Source of the DNA: the human T2T-CHM13v2.0 reference genome, Homo sapiens
Length of the DNA: 64,000 nt
Strand: one strand, 5' to 3'
Assembly (NCBI RefSeq): GCF_009914755.1
Contig: NC_060926.1
The first letter of the stretch is position 1; the number at the start of each line of letters is the position of its first letter. The notes beneath the pieces were generated by a model. That model made no database searches. It was not told where the DNA came from and saw only the letters and a list, made by a program, of their open reading frames with translations. Positions 1 to 12,429 of the stretch are shown piece after piece. The position numbers and the translations under genes are program-made.

Positions 1-185
1 CAAGACCTAACCCAGAGAATTACTCAAGACACTTTCTACGTAAGAAGAATTGTGGTGCTAGCTCTCCTCATAGAAAAATGTTTTCTGTCTCTTGTTGAAA
101 TTGACAGCAAACACAACAACACAGAACTATTTGGGAGAACAGAGGACAGTGATACACTAGGGAAGTAAAACACACCCCTTCCCCT

Positions 186-644
186 TGCATTGGTTTCCTG
201 TTGCTGCTGTAACAAATTACCACAACCTTACTGCTCCACATAACACAAGTGTATTATCTTACATTTCTGGAGGTCAGAAGTCTCAATGAAGTAAAATCAA
301 GGAGTAATAGGGCTCTATTCATTCTAGGCTTCGAGAGAGAATCCAATATCGAGCATTCCATCTTTCTGATGTTCCCACATTCCTAACAGCATGGCCCCTT
401 CCTCCATCACTCCAGTTTCCCTGTCCGTTGTCCCAGGTCCCCTCTGGCTGTTACCTTCCTCCTTCCCTATTATAAGGACCCTTGTGATTATGATGGTCTC
501 ACCCAGATAATTCAGGATACTCTCCTGACCCCAAAATTCTCAACCATGTCTGCCAAGTTATTTTTGACATATTCATAAGTAATGATCATAGATTCCAAAT
601 ATTACGACAATGATGTCTTTAGTGGGTGTATTATTCATTCCACA
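186..644 (-). mobile_element. MLT1-type MaLR LTR (old, solo)
   Basis: Begins TGCATTGGTTTCCTGTTGCTGCTGTAACAAATTACCACAA and continues TTCTGGAGGTCAGAAGTC and ATAAGGACCCTTGTGATTA, resembling the reverse complement of MLT1B-D. Confidence 0.75.
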
Positions 645-1011
645 AACAACCCTCGTCATCCACACAATGGTCTTCCCCTAAGATAGAATAAAAATATCAC
701 AAGGCAGATTTACGAGGCGATCGACCTAGAAAAAACCTGAGACTCTAGGACTGTCTGATGTGTGGATGTCAAATCCTGGGAGATTCTGAGTCTCTGCTCT
801 ATGTGGACTCTATGTTGTGTAGCCATTTGTGGAAGGCTTCTGTGATTTTGTGACCTAGAGAAAATGAATCTCTGCTAAAATCAAATCTAAGAAAGATTGG
901 CAAAGGGAATTTAAAGATTTCCTAAATTTTTGGAATTTCCCTATGCATTAAAACATGAGAAGTGGCAATAATTCAAACCAACGATGCCCTCCAAGAATGA
1001 GGATTTTTCCA

Positions 1012-1430
1012 ATGCATTAGGTTGGGTCCCCTCAGTGAGAAGGATGCCAAAGATTCGCATGCGGGCAGTATATTTACAAAGTGCGGGAAACAAGCAAGTG
1101 AGCAAGGGAGGGGAGGAGGGAAAGGGAAAGTGAAAGGTGCCTCAGAAGGAGCCACCTCTGAGGATGACGAGAGCTCAAGCCCACATAGAAACACAGGAAA
1201 AATGCCTCTGTTATTCCACATGAGAGGTGAGGGAGCTGCGGGATGTGTACACCTCCCTTGTCATCACTGATTGGCAGCCGTCCTAGGGGATGCTAATTCC
1301 AGGCCGTGAGGTCTGCCTCATTTGCAGCCTGAGCTGCTTCCCCAGGTTCAGACAGAGCAGTGAAGGGGAGAAAGGGCCATAGAGAGTCAGCTGAAGTATA
1401 ATGACTAGAATCCCCAAGGCGCAGTAACAA
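1012..1430 (-). mobile_element. Old ERVL-class LTR fragment (LTR16/LTR33-like)
   Basis: TGCATTAGGTTGGGTCCCC...AAGATTCGCATGCGGGCAGTATATTT...GGGAAAGGGAAAG resembles degenerate LTR16/33-type LTRs. Ends uncertain. Confidence 0.35.
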
Positions 1431-2845
1431 TGACTGCTAAAATTATGCACAAAGAAAAAGCGCATTTGAATCCAGAGATGTATCTCTCTGAATCTGGATA
1501 TATGGATCCTGGCAGCCTGTTCAGTAGCCATTTCCCAGAAATCCAGTCCTCTGGAAAAGCAGCAGCAGGTTTGTGCACAGGCTGCACTACCTTGGTCTGG
1601 CCACTGGTAGTCATGCATGAGAACTACTCCCTGGCGTATTTCTCAGTCCACTGACACTGATGTAATTGGCTCCACTTCCCCTGCTGTTGAGCCAGGCCGA
1701 CACGCCCTGGGCAAAGGCATCTGTGTGAAGTATTGAGGTGCAAATCAGTGCTTAAGATATGTTTGGAGGCAAAATACTTTTTCATCTACATGGGCAGTGT
1801 CTTGGCAGAAGATGGAGATTCTCTCTAAATGGATGTGAGACAGGGTGGCTGGCATCTGGGTCAGGATGATGCCCTGGTGCATGGCAAGAACATGCATTGG
1901 GCAGCAGCTGCCCTCGCTAAGGAGAGAGGTTCACTGACCTGGCTTTTCCCCCCTCACCTGCTCTCCAGAAAGCCAGACTCTAGGGCAGATGCTCCTGAGA
2001 CCCCAGGAACAGGCTGGTGGGGAGCGCAGCTCAGAGCATTACTCAGGGGATGTGGCCTTTGTCATCCTACTTTGAAACAATTGACTATTTGAGCCTAGAT
2101 TGATAGAGGGCTTCAAGTTGATTTTAATCCAGGCTCCTATAGTCCGCGAGTGAAACAGAGATTTTGAAATAATGAGACCTGGTATTACTAGTCAGCTCTC
2201 CATGCTGGAGAACCATAAGAAATTATACCAAAGGCAGGAAAGGGAATAGAATATGGGGATCATCACGCCAAGAATAAGGTGCAGCCCATTTAGCCCCTGG
2301 GTCTTAAAGAGACCCATAGCTCTGGATAATGGCAGATATATGCGTGACACAGTCATCATCTTTGTGCATCTTCAGAGAATTGTTTTTCCTTTTACTCCTA
2401 GGAACAATGTCTTAAGTTTGTTAGTAAATTCTATTGAATTTATTAAAGATGCTTCTGATAAATTCTTTTTATATTCATTTCAAAAAAGAAGCAATTTCAC
2501 ACTGACAGAGACATTGTTATTATAGCACTAAATACTTTTACACTCATCGAATTCCTTTGAGACTAACTGAAATTTCTGACAGCCCCACACTCTATAACTT
2601 TATTGTAAATTTTCTGCCAAAAATGATGCTTTCCTATACACTCCTAATACAAGTATAAATATATTATTTAATCTAGTCTTAGGTTGATTTAAAATTTTGA
2701 AAATTCACTCCAAACATATGCTCTGTAACCGTATGGCCACCAATGAGAAGTGTACTCTTTCAAGGTAAATCTGTGCTGCCCTGGTCTGACCTGGGACTCT
2801 GGGGATACTGCGCCCGTGTGCTGAGTTACTGAGACGAGCCAGCCC

Positions 2846-2930
2846 TGCAGCTGTGCTCAGCCTGCCCCATCCCCTGCTGATTTGCCTGTTCCTAGAGCAC
2901 AGCCCCCTGCCCTGAAGACTTCTTATAGGC
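2846..2930 (+). promoter_or_regulatory. IGKV promoter: pentadecamer, mutated decamer/octamer, TATA-like box
   Basis: Pentadecamer TGCAGCTGTGCTCAG at 2846-2860. Decamer TGATTTGCCT at 2878-2887 (canonical TGATTTGCAT). TTATA at about 2923-2927. Confidence 0.85.
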
Positions 2931-2973
2931 TGGTCACACCCGGTGCAGGAGTCAGCCCCAGTCAGGACACAGC

Positions 2974-3459
2974 AAGGACGTGAGGGCCCCCACTCAGCTC
3001 CTGGGGCTCCTGGGGCTCCTGGGGCTCTGGCTGCCAGGTAAGGAAGGAGAACACTAGGATTATACTCGGTCAGTGTGCTCAGTACTGTCAGGAACTTCAG
3101 GGAAGTCCTCTGATAACATGATTAATTGCAAGAATATTTGTTTTTATGTTTCTAACTTCAGGTGCCAGATGTGACATCCAGATGACCCAGTCTCCATCCT
3201 CCCTGTCTGCATCTGTAGGAGGCAGAGTCACCATCACTTGCCGGGCGAGTCAGGGCATTAGCAATAATTTAAATTGGTATCAGCAGAAACCAGGGAAAAC
3301 TCCTAAGCTCCTGATCTATGCTGCATCCAGTCTGCAAAGTGGGATTCCCTCTCGGTTCAGTGACAGTGGATCTGGGACAGATTACACTCTCACCATCAGC
3401 AGCCTGCAGCCTGAAGATTTTGCAGCTTATTACTGTCAACAGAGTGACAGTACCCCTCC
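2974..3459 (+). pseudogene. Immunoglobulin kappa variable subgroup 1 orphon (IGKV1/OR dispersed family; exact paralog not determined)
   Basis: Leader exon 2974-3037 reads AAG GAC GTG where ATG GAC ATG is expected. GT..AG intron at 3038-3161. V exon 3162-3459 is open: [41 protein letters not shown]...[10 protein letters not shown], with both Cys and the Trp conserved. No other V, J or C segments seen in the window. Confidence 0.95.
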
Positions 3460-3487
3460 CACAGTGTTACAAGTCATAACATAAACC
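3460..3487 (+). promoter_or_regulatory. V(D)J recombination signal sequence, 12-bp spacer
   Basis: Heptamer CACAGTG 3460-3466, spacer TTACAAGTCATA 3467-3478, nonamer ACATAAACC 3479-3487. Confidence 0.95.
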
Positions 3488-4437
3488 CCAAGGAAGCAGA
3501 TGTGTGAGGCTGGGCTGCCCCAGTGCTCCTTCTGGTGCCTCTATCTGCTGAGGGAAGTTCTCAAACTCAGTCAGGTTTGGAAAGTCATCGGGAGATTTTC
3601 CTAGAGGAGGCCAGGGAGGTTCCTCTGAACCCTAAGCCTCTTTCGCCCTCATCCCCAGCAGAAAAGACGTGACAATGCCTGTCCTGACTGAATAAAGAAG
3701 AGAGATAAGTCCAGCTGAGGAGTCTGTGTTATGGGATAATCGGAATTTGTACAGCAAAAGAGAAGCTATTCTCAGTATTTCAAGGAGAAATTATTCAAGT
3801 TGAATAAATTAGAGTCTAAGCCACAGTCTTTCCGAAGCCTATGGAGTGTTATTCATGAAGCAGGTACTAGACACAGGGGATTCTCAGGTGCTACTTCAGA
3901 AGCCAGGATGCACCTGCCCCTGGTGGTATGTGCTGAACACCGTGTGATGATCCTCAGTCCTGTCTGGGAAGCCCAGGGCTGGGGGTGCTGATGCTCTCAG
4001 CTGCCTGCAGCACATCTCCAGGTGATTCTCCAGTCCACACCTAACTGCATGTGTTTTACTTCAGGTGTCAGTGTACATGAATCCACCACTCTGACTTCCC
4101 AATCTCATGACAGTAATTAGTTGTAACTTATTGTAACCTCATGGAGCAACCCTAAAGAAACCATAGAGAGAAAAGGAGTTTTGGACAATGTGCTCCCAGA
4201 AGCGATAGTAATGATGGGGAATTGACAGCTGACGGGGAAGTAAGGTGACTCTTTCCACAAGGCTCAACATTTTGCCAGTTACGAATTGTTGCAAAATACA
4301 TTTGAATGTGCTTTCAAGTATTACCAGTTTGGGGTCATAGCTGGAAAACTTTATTAAGTCACAGATAAAATGGGAAAATCAGGAAATTGTATGAAATATA
4401 CAATAACACTGTGTGTGATGGCTCAGGTCTGTAATCC

Positions 4438-4891
4438 TGTGATAGTTAATACTGATTGTCAACTTGGTTACATTGAAGGATGTAAGCATTGCTCCTGGGT
4501 GTGTCTGTGAGGGTGTTGCCAAAGGAGATTAATATTTGAGTCAGTAGTCTGGGGAAGGCAGACCCCCTACTTAATCTATGGGCACCATTTAATCAGCTGC
4601 CAGTGAATATAAAGCAGGCAGAAAAAAGTGAAAAAGTGAGTCTGGCCCAGCCTCCCAGCCTACATCTCTCTCCCGTGCTGGATGCTTCCTACCCTTGAAC
4701 ATCGGACTCCACGTTCTTTAGTTTTGAGACTCGAGCTGGCTCTCCTTACTCCTCACTCCTCATGCCTGCAGACAGCCTACTGTGGGACTTGTGATCCTGT
4801 AAGTTAATATGTAATAAACCTATATATATGTATATATATATATATATTGAACTTATTAGTTCTGTCCCTCTAGAGAACCCTCACTAATACA
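4438..4891 (+). mobile_element. MLT2A 5' LTR of HERV-L
   Basis: TGTGATAGTTAATACTGATTGTCAACTTG...AATAAA...(TA)n...CTAGAGAACCCTCACTAATACA, with TG..CA termini. Confidence 0.9.
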
Positions 4892-7800
4892 GATTTTGGT
4901 ACCAGGAATGGTTCTGCAGGAACAGAATATTAAGGTTGGAGTTCTTTTGTTGGTTTTGGGGTTTCTGGATTTGGCTGCTAAATATGATTAGATCCCAAAA
5001 TGCTAAGGACTCTACTTTTAATAGTGTAGAGAATATTGACAGTTCTTGGCATGAAAGGTTTAAAGAGCTATGCAAAACAAATTCATTTGACACTAATGAA
5101 TCATCGCTCGTGAGAGGCAAGGAGTTTAGTGACTCTGTACCTAATACCCTTGACAAACACCTTGCAAAATAGATTTGTGAGGACAGCACCTGCATCTTTG
5201 AAGAGCCCTGTAAAGGCTCTTCTCTGTATGTCAGATCTAATGGTGAGAACTGCAGTCACTCAGTTACAAAAGTTAAATACAATTTGGAATAATTGGATCC
5301 TGAAGTGGCAGGGGCCAAGTGGTAGCACTCAACCCTCAAAGGCACGGTGGGTGTAGCTACCGTAATGGGCAGAAAAGACAAAGCAGCAATCTGAACAGTC
5401 TGACTCATGTAGAGCTCTGGCATTGGCTAACTAATCACAGTGTTCCTAGAAGTGAAACTGACAGGAAGACTAATGCATTCCTACTTAATTTATGTAAGGA
5501 GGAAACTTAAGGTCAAACAGATAAAAGACTGATTGGAATCATAAAAACAGAGATTCATGGCCCCTCAATCAATTTCCAGCCTTGAGCCAGTTTACAGACC
5601 CAGAACCCCTTGAATGAAGGGGAGGCTGGGTCCCCCTGAGGTGTCCATGGCAGATAGGAATGCTGCTTTGAGGCTTTGGCAGGCCTCCATAGGTGAATCA
5701 TGGTGGAGGCCTCTAGTATTTTGCAGCAAGGCCCGGTCATCTTCTCCAGTTAACTACTCTCCTTTTGAGAGACAGCTCTTGTCCTATACTGGGCTTTTGT
5801 GGAAACTGAACATTTGACTATGAGTCAACAAGTCACCATGCGACCTGAACTGCCTATCCCGAACTGGGTGCTTTCTGACTCATGTAGCCATAAAGTGGGT
5901 CATGCACAGCAGCATTCCATCATCAAATGGAAATGGTGTATAAGTGATTGGGCTCAAGCAGGTCCTGGGGGGCACAAGTAAGTTACATGAGGAAGTGGCT
6001 CAAATGCCCATGGTCTCTACTCCTGCCACCCTGCCTTCTCTCCCACGGCCTGCACTGATGACCTCATGGGGACTTGCCTTTGAGCAGTTGACACAGGAAG
6101 GGAGGACTAGGGCCCGGTTCACAGATGGTTCTCCACAATAGGCAGGTACCGCCCAAAAGTGGACAGCTGAAGCACTACAGCCCCTTTCTAGGACATCCCT
6201 GAAGGACAGTGGTGAAGGACAATCTTCCCCGTGGGCAGAACATTGAGCAGTGCACCTGATTGTGCACTTTGCATGGAAGGAGAAATTTCCAGATGTGCGG
6301 TTATATACTGATTCATGGGCTGTAGCCAATGGTTTGGCTGGATGGTCAGGGACTTGGAAGAAGCATGATTGGAAAATTGGTGACAAAGAAACTTGGAGAA
6401 AGAGTATGTAGATGGACCTCTCTGAGTGGTCAAAAACTGAAGATATTTGTACCCTGTGTGAGTGTTGACCAACAAGTGACTTCAGCAGAGGAGGATTTTG
6501 ATAATCAAGTGGATAAGATGACCCGTTCTGTGGATACCACTCAGCCTCTTTCCTCAGACACCCCTGTCATTGTCCAATGAGCCCATGAACATAGTGGCCA
6601 TGGTGGCAGGGATGGAGGCTATGCATGGATTCAGCAAGGTGGACTTCCACTCACCAAGGCTGAACTGTCTGTGGCCACTGCTGAGTGCCCAATTTGCCAG
6701 CAGCAGCAGCAGAGACTAACAGTGAACCCTTTGTATGGCATCATTTCCTGGGGTGATCGACCAGCTACCCGGTAGCAAGTTGATTATATTGGAACTCTTC
6801 CACCATGGAAAGGAGAGAGGTTTGTCCTCATTGGAACAGGCACTTACTCAGGATATGGGCTTGCCCACCTGCATGCAATGCTTCTGCCAAGACTACCATT
6901 TATGGACTCAAGGAATGCCTTATCCACTATCACGGTATTCCACACAGCATTACCTCTGACCAAGCACTCACTTTACAGGTAAAGAAGTGAGGCAGTGGGC
7001 TCATGCTCACGGAATTCACTGGTCTTACCATATTCCCCATCTTCCTGAAGCAGCTGGATTGATAGAATGGTGGGACGGCCTTTTGAGGTCGCGATTACAA
7101 CGTCAACTAGGTTACAATACTTTGCCGGGCCGGGGCACCATACTCCAGAAGGCCATGTGTGCTCTGAATCAGCGCCCAATGTATGGTATTGTTTCTCCCA
7201 TAGCCAGGATTCACAGATCCAGGATTCAAGGGGTGGATGTGAAAGTGGAACCACTCACTATGATGCACTGGCAAAATGTTTGCTTTCTGTTCCCATGACA
7301 TTAGGTTCTGCTTTACTAGTCATCTTAGCTCCAGAGGGAAGAACGCTGCTACCAGGAGACACAATAACGATTCCATTAAACTGGAAGTTAAGATGGCCAC
7401 TTGGACGCTTTGGGGTCCTCCTACCTTTAAGTCAACAAGCTAAGAATGGAGTTACAGTGTTGGCGGCAGTGATTGACCCAGACTATCAAGATGAAGTCAG
7501 TCCGCTACTCCACAACGGAAGTGAGGAAGAGTATGCGTGGAATATAGGAGATCCATTAGGGCGTCTCTTGGTATTATCATGCACTCTGATTAAGGTAAAT
7601 GGGAAACTATACCCAATCCAGGTAGGACTACAAATGGTCCAGATCCTCTCCGGGTCACGACCTGCTGAGGTGCTTGCTGAAGGCAAAGGGAATACAGAAT
7701 AAATAGTGGAAGAAAGTAGTTATCAATACCAGCTACGACCACCTGACCAGCTGCAGAAATGAGGACTGGAACTATCATGAGTATTTCCTTCTTCTTTTGT

Positions 7801-8080
7801 TAAAAACATGTTTGTGCATGTATGCACTTGTACTAAGAAAATATCTTCATTTCATTTCCCTTTTCTTTATCAGGTGACATAGATTTGCTGACCTCATATC
7901 AGCATTTAAGTATTGTTTACTTTATGTAAGAGTATTTGGGTTGGGGATGGGTGCATTTCCAGTTGTAGGAAGGATAGTTTATTATGTTAGGGGTAATTAT
8001 GACCTTACTATTGTCTGTATTTTAAGATTATGTATGATCTCAGGAGATGTGTGTGGGTTCAAGTTCACAAGGGGTGGGCT
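4892..8080 (+). mobile_element. HERV-L internal region, deleted and degraded (gag/pol fragments, RNase H, integrase, dUTPase)
   Basis: tRNA-Leu-type PBS TGGTACCAGGAATGG at 4897. RNase H motifs FTDGS and YTDSW. Integrase HSITSDQ and HAHGIHWSYHIPHLPEAAGLIE. Purine tract ACAAGGGGTGGG before the 3' LTR. Many stops and frameshifts. Confidence 0.92.
7262..7608 (+). pseudogene. HERV-L dUTPase domain remnant
   Basis: Within ORF 7067..7702: LLPGDTITIPLNWKL...FGVLLPLSQQAKNGVTVLAAVIDPDYQDEV, a degenerate dUTPase motif III (GVIDxDYxGE). Confidence 0.8.
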
Positions 8081-9003
8081 TGTGATGGTTAATAATGAGT
8101 GTCAACTTGATTGGATTGAAGGATGTAAAGTATTCATCCTGGGTGTGTCTGTGAGGGTGTTGCCAAAAAAAGATTAACATGTGAGTCAGTGGGCTGGGAA
8201 AGGCAGACCCACCCTTAATCTGTGTGGGCACAATCCAATCAGCTGCCAACCCAGCCATACTATAAGCAGGCAGAAAAATGTGAAAAGAGACGGGCCTCGC
8301 CTCCCAGCCTACATCTTTCTCCCATGCTGGATGCTTCTTGCCCTCGAACATGGACTCCAAGTTCTTCAGTTTTGGAACTCTGGCTGGCTCTTTTTGCTCC
8401 TCATCCAGCAGATGGCCTATTGTGAGACTTGGTGATTGTGTGAGTTAATACTTAATAAACTTCCTGTATAAGCCAGTGACATCTAGAGGGACAGAACTAA
8501 CAGGATATATACATATATATATACATACACACACACATATATATATGCACACACACACACACACATATATATATTTATTTACAAAGGGGAGTTTATTAAC
8601 TTACAGGATCATAAGTTACACAATGGGCTGTCTGCAAACTGATGAGAAAGGAGAGCCATGGAGTCCAATGTTTGAGGGCAGGAAGAAACCAGCATGGGAG
8701 AAAAAAGATGTAGGCTGGGAGGCTAGGCCAGTCTCTCCTTTTCAAATTTTTCTGCCTGCTTTATATTTGCTGGCAGCAGATTAGATTGTGCCCACCAGAT
8801 TAAGGGTGGGTCTGCCTTCCCCAGCCCACTGACTCAAATGTTAATCTCTTTCGGCAACACTCTCACAGACACACCCTGGATCAATACTTCATATCCCTCA
8901 ATCCTATCAAGTTGACAGTCATTATTAACCATCTCACTCCCCTTCATATATATATGTATATAGTCCTTTAATTCTGTCACTCTAGAGAACCCTGACTAAT
9001 ACG
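8081..9003 (+). mobile_element. MLT2A 3' LTR, split into 8081-8464 and 8937-9003
   Basis: Starts TGTGATGGTTAATAATGAGTGTCAACTTG, breaks after AATAAACTTCC, and resumes CTCCCCTTCATATA...GAGAACCCTGACTAATAC. Confidence 0.9.
8465..8936 (-). mobile_element. Solo MLT2A LTR inserted in reverse orientation inside the 3' LTR
   Basis: TGTATAAGCCAGTGACATCTAGAGGGACAGAACTAA...GTTGACAGTCATTATTAACCATCTCA is the reverse complement of the same LTR family. Flanks CTTCC/CTCCC are a probable 5-bp TSD. Confidence 0.88.
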
Positions 9004-9272
9004 TCTACACTTCTGATGATCTATTTCTTTTATTTTAGGTCATTTATTTCCCCTGGGTTGCCTACACTCGCTTCTTCCCACTCCCCTATGAAGGACAATA
9101 TAAGCCTCTGGACCTCACTAGGTCAGGGCATGTCCCTGCTTGCACTATCCATGACACTTTCCTCTTTTACTCTTTAGCAATGAGGGAATGTCATCCTTAC
9201 CCAGATGCCAGCCACCTGTCTCACATCCAGGACAGCGAGTCTCCATCTCCTCTCCAGCAAATACCCATGTAT

Positions 9273-9410
9273 GTGGGCATGGTGGCATGCCCCTGTGATC
9301 CCAGCTACTCCATAGGCTTAGGGGGCAGAATCACTTGTGCTTGAGAATTCAAGGTTGCAAGGAGCCATGATCACACCACTGCACTTCATGCTGGGTAACT
9401 GAGACCCTGT
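9273..9410 (+). mobile_element. Old Alu monomer (FRAM/AluJ right arm)
   Basis: GGGCATGGTGGCATGCCCCTGTGATCCCAGCTACTC...CACCACTGCACTTC...GAGACCCTGT. Confidence 0.75.
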
Positions 9411-9501
9411 GATTTTTCGCCTACATTTTACAGAATTTTTTTTTTTTGCCTCTTTCTTCTATTAATTTATGTTTTGTCCATTCATTTTCTGCAAACCTTT
9501 A

Positions 9502-9870
<369 letters not shown>

Positions 9871-10749
9871 TTAAAGGCGTGTTCAGCAGTTTCTTTGTTA
9901 TTTCAAAGAGTGGCATCTGCTTCAGCAGGGTCAGTTTTTAATGTATTTGTTTTGTTTCTTTTTTCTCTGTCTGGTGTTCTTTTCTATTTTATTATAATTT
10001 TTTAAATTTGAAGGATGAGGTTTTCATAGTACTGAATATCAAACAATGAATCCGCATGAATGATTCACCTAATTTCCCTGGTTTTAGTCCTCTATACAGG
10101 TTTTATATAGCAAAAGAACCATTTAAAGACTTGGGTTACAAATGTATTTTATTTTACCTCTGGCATGCCTTGGGCTGAGAAAGCATTATATGGTGGCACA
10201 ATATTTGTAACATTCTCATAGCCATCTGGTGGTGGTTCGAGGTATGACATTTTGAAAATCTAGCAAGAATTAAAATATGTCAAGTTAGAGAGAAAAATTC
10301 CAGATTATTATTAAGATATAATTCATTTTGCCCCAAGTATATACTTCAGATTAAGCATCCTGGAACTAGGTTCTATAATTAAATAGATAAATTACACTGA
10401 CAACAATGAGAAAGAGCCTTATCATTATTATTGTCTTCCTAATAATAGAAACTTTTATAAATGCATGCAATCTCAGGTAACCAAAAGTTTCCTTATAAAG
10501 TGTAACAGCAGAGCTTCAAAGGTGGCACTTTGGCAAGCCTCTTTTTTTGACTATGCCTTTTCAGCTTCCTTTGTGGGCTCCTTTTCTTTCATCTTTATTT
10601 AAATAATATTTCCCTATGTTTTATCCCCAGCCCATTGCTTGCCTCTGTACTGCCTCCCTGCGAGACTTCATTAAGTATCAGAATTTTACCAATAGCTCAT
10701 ATGCTTATGATGCTTACCTTTTCAGATTCGTATATTTAAATGTTTTGTG

Positions 10750-11615
10750 GTTATTTCATCCTGGATGTCCAAACTCAACATGTTAAAATTCAAATTTATC
10801 ATCTCTCACCCCGGGCCTGCTTTTGGTCTGCATTTCCTACCTCTATTAATAGCTTCAGTCATTAGCCACCGACACCAGACAGTCTCGGAGTCATCCTGAA
10901 CTCTATCTTCCCCTCCTTCCCCAAGTCAATCACTAATCAAGTCCTGCTAATACATTTCCTTACTATTTCTGAAATCCATCCCTCTTCCTCATTCCTACTA
11001 ACATCCTAATTTAAAACTTTATTATCTTTTACCTGGACCATCGTCTTAAGACAACAACTTTAACCCGTTGCTTAGCCTAGGTGTAATCCACAGAGGATCT
11101 TGTCTGTCTAAAATGCCCCTCTAGCCACAACCTTCCCCTGCTCAGATCTTGTCATTGGCTCCCATGAACTGAAGTTGAAGTTTAAGCTCCTTAGGACAGC
11201 ATACACGCCCTTCTATGACCTGTTCCCAGAACATATTCACTGGTTTATCTCATGCCATGGCCCACTTTGTATTTTACACTTTTGAAATACAGAAAATCAT
11301 TACATTCTCCCAATAATACTAAGCTAGTATATGCCTAAAAGCCTTTGCCAATATTTTGTCTTTTGTTGAGAATTCCCTTAGCTTATTTTGTCACGTGGTT
11401 AACTCCTTATGTCCTTTCATGACTCACATGTCAAGACTTCAGGAAACCTTCTCTAACTCCCAGGCTGGGCTGAGTGACCCTTTTCTGGGTAAATAATGAA
11501 CTCTAATCATACTCTTCATAGCACTTACCATACTAATTTGAAGTCTGAAGTACTCCATTGTCTGCCTCACTTTACTTAGGCAAAGGAACCATGTCCTAGT
11601 CTCATTCTGGCCTCA
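10750..11615 (+). mobile_element. L2 LINE remnant
   Basis: TCCTGGATGTCCAAACTCAACATG...AAGTCCTGC...TATTATCTTTTACCTGGAC, pyrimidine-rich and L2-like. Highly diverged. Confidence 0.55.
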
Positions 11616-11997
11616 GGACTTCAGCCTGGGCGACAGTGGGAGACTGTGTGTCAAAAAAAAAAAAATTGCCAATGATTGAAGCCTAATACTGAAGATTCTG
11701 GTTTATTAATAATTAGTCTGTTGCTGGGTGTTAATTGAGCTCCCCAAGTGATTACTCATGTAGGACTTCAAAACAATAATTTAGAACCTTGTGACTCAAA
11801 ATCTGGGCAAAAATAAGCGGCATCAGTATCACCTGGGAGCAGCTTCAGGTCTCACTTTAGATTTACTCTGAATCTAAATATTATATTTTTATTAAAAAAA
11901 TTAAGAACAGATGACAAACTTCAACTACATCTAAATTCTTTAGATGTACTTTAAAAGAATCAACATTTTGACACAATACCAAAGTGAACTAAATTCG

Positions 11998-11998
<1 letters not shown>

Positions 11999-12030
<32 letters not shown>

Positions 12031-12311
12031 AGACAGAGTCTTGCTCTGTTGCCCAGGCTGGAGCGCAGTGGTGCAATCTCGGCTCACTGCAACTTCCACC
12101 TCTCCAGTTCAAGCGATTATCTTGCCTCGGCCTCCAAAGTAGCTGGGATTACAGGCACATGCCATCATGCCCGGCTAATTTTTGTATTTTTAGTAGAGAC
12201 AGGGTTTCACAATGTTGGGTCAGCTGGTCTCGAACTCCTGACCTCAAGTGATCTGCCCGCCTCGGCCTTCCAAAGTGCTGAGATTATAGACATGGGCCAC
12301 CATGCCCAGCC
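11999..12311 (-). mobile_element. AluS
   Basis: Poly-T then GAGACAGAGTCTTGCTCTGTTGCCCAGGCTGG...CCACCATGCCCAGCC. Confidence 0.95.
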
Positions 12312-12429
12312 TGAATTTGCTTTAATTTGGAGAAGTACTGGTCTAGAAAACACAAATTCCAAGGAGACTCAGGTTCTTAAGTTGATTTCTTGAGTAAAAG
12401 TTCTTCAAATGCATTCTCCAAGATTAATT

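Noticed and set aside
3146-3484. 112-aa ORF as a functional kappa chain gene
   Set aside because: The ATG is intronic and the ORF reads through the RSS. It is an unrearranged V with no leader start, J or C.
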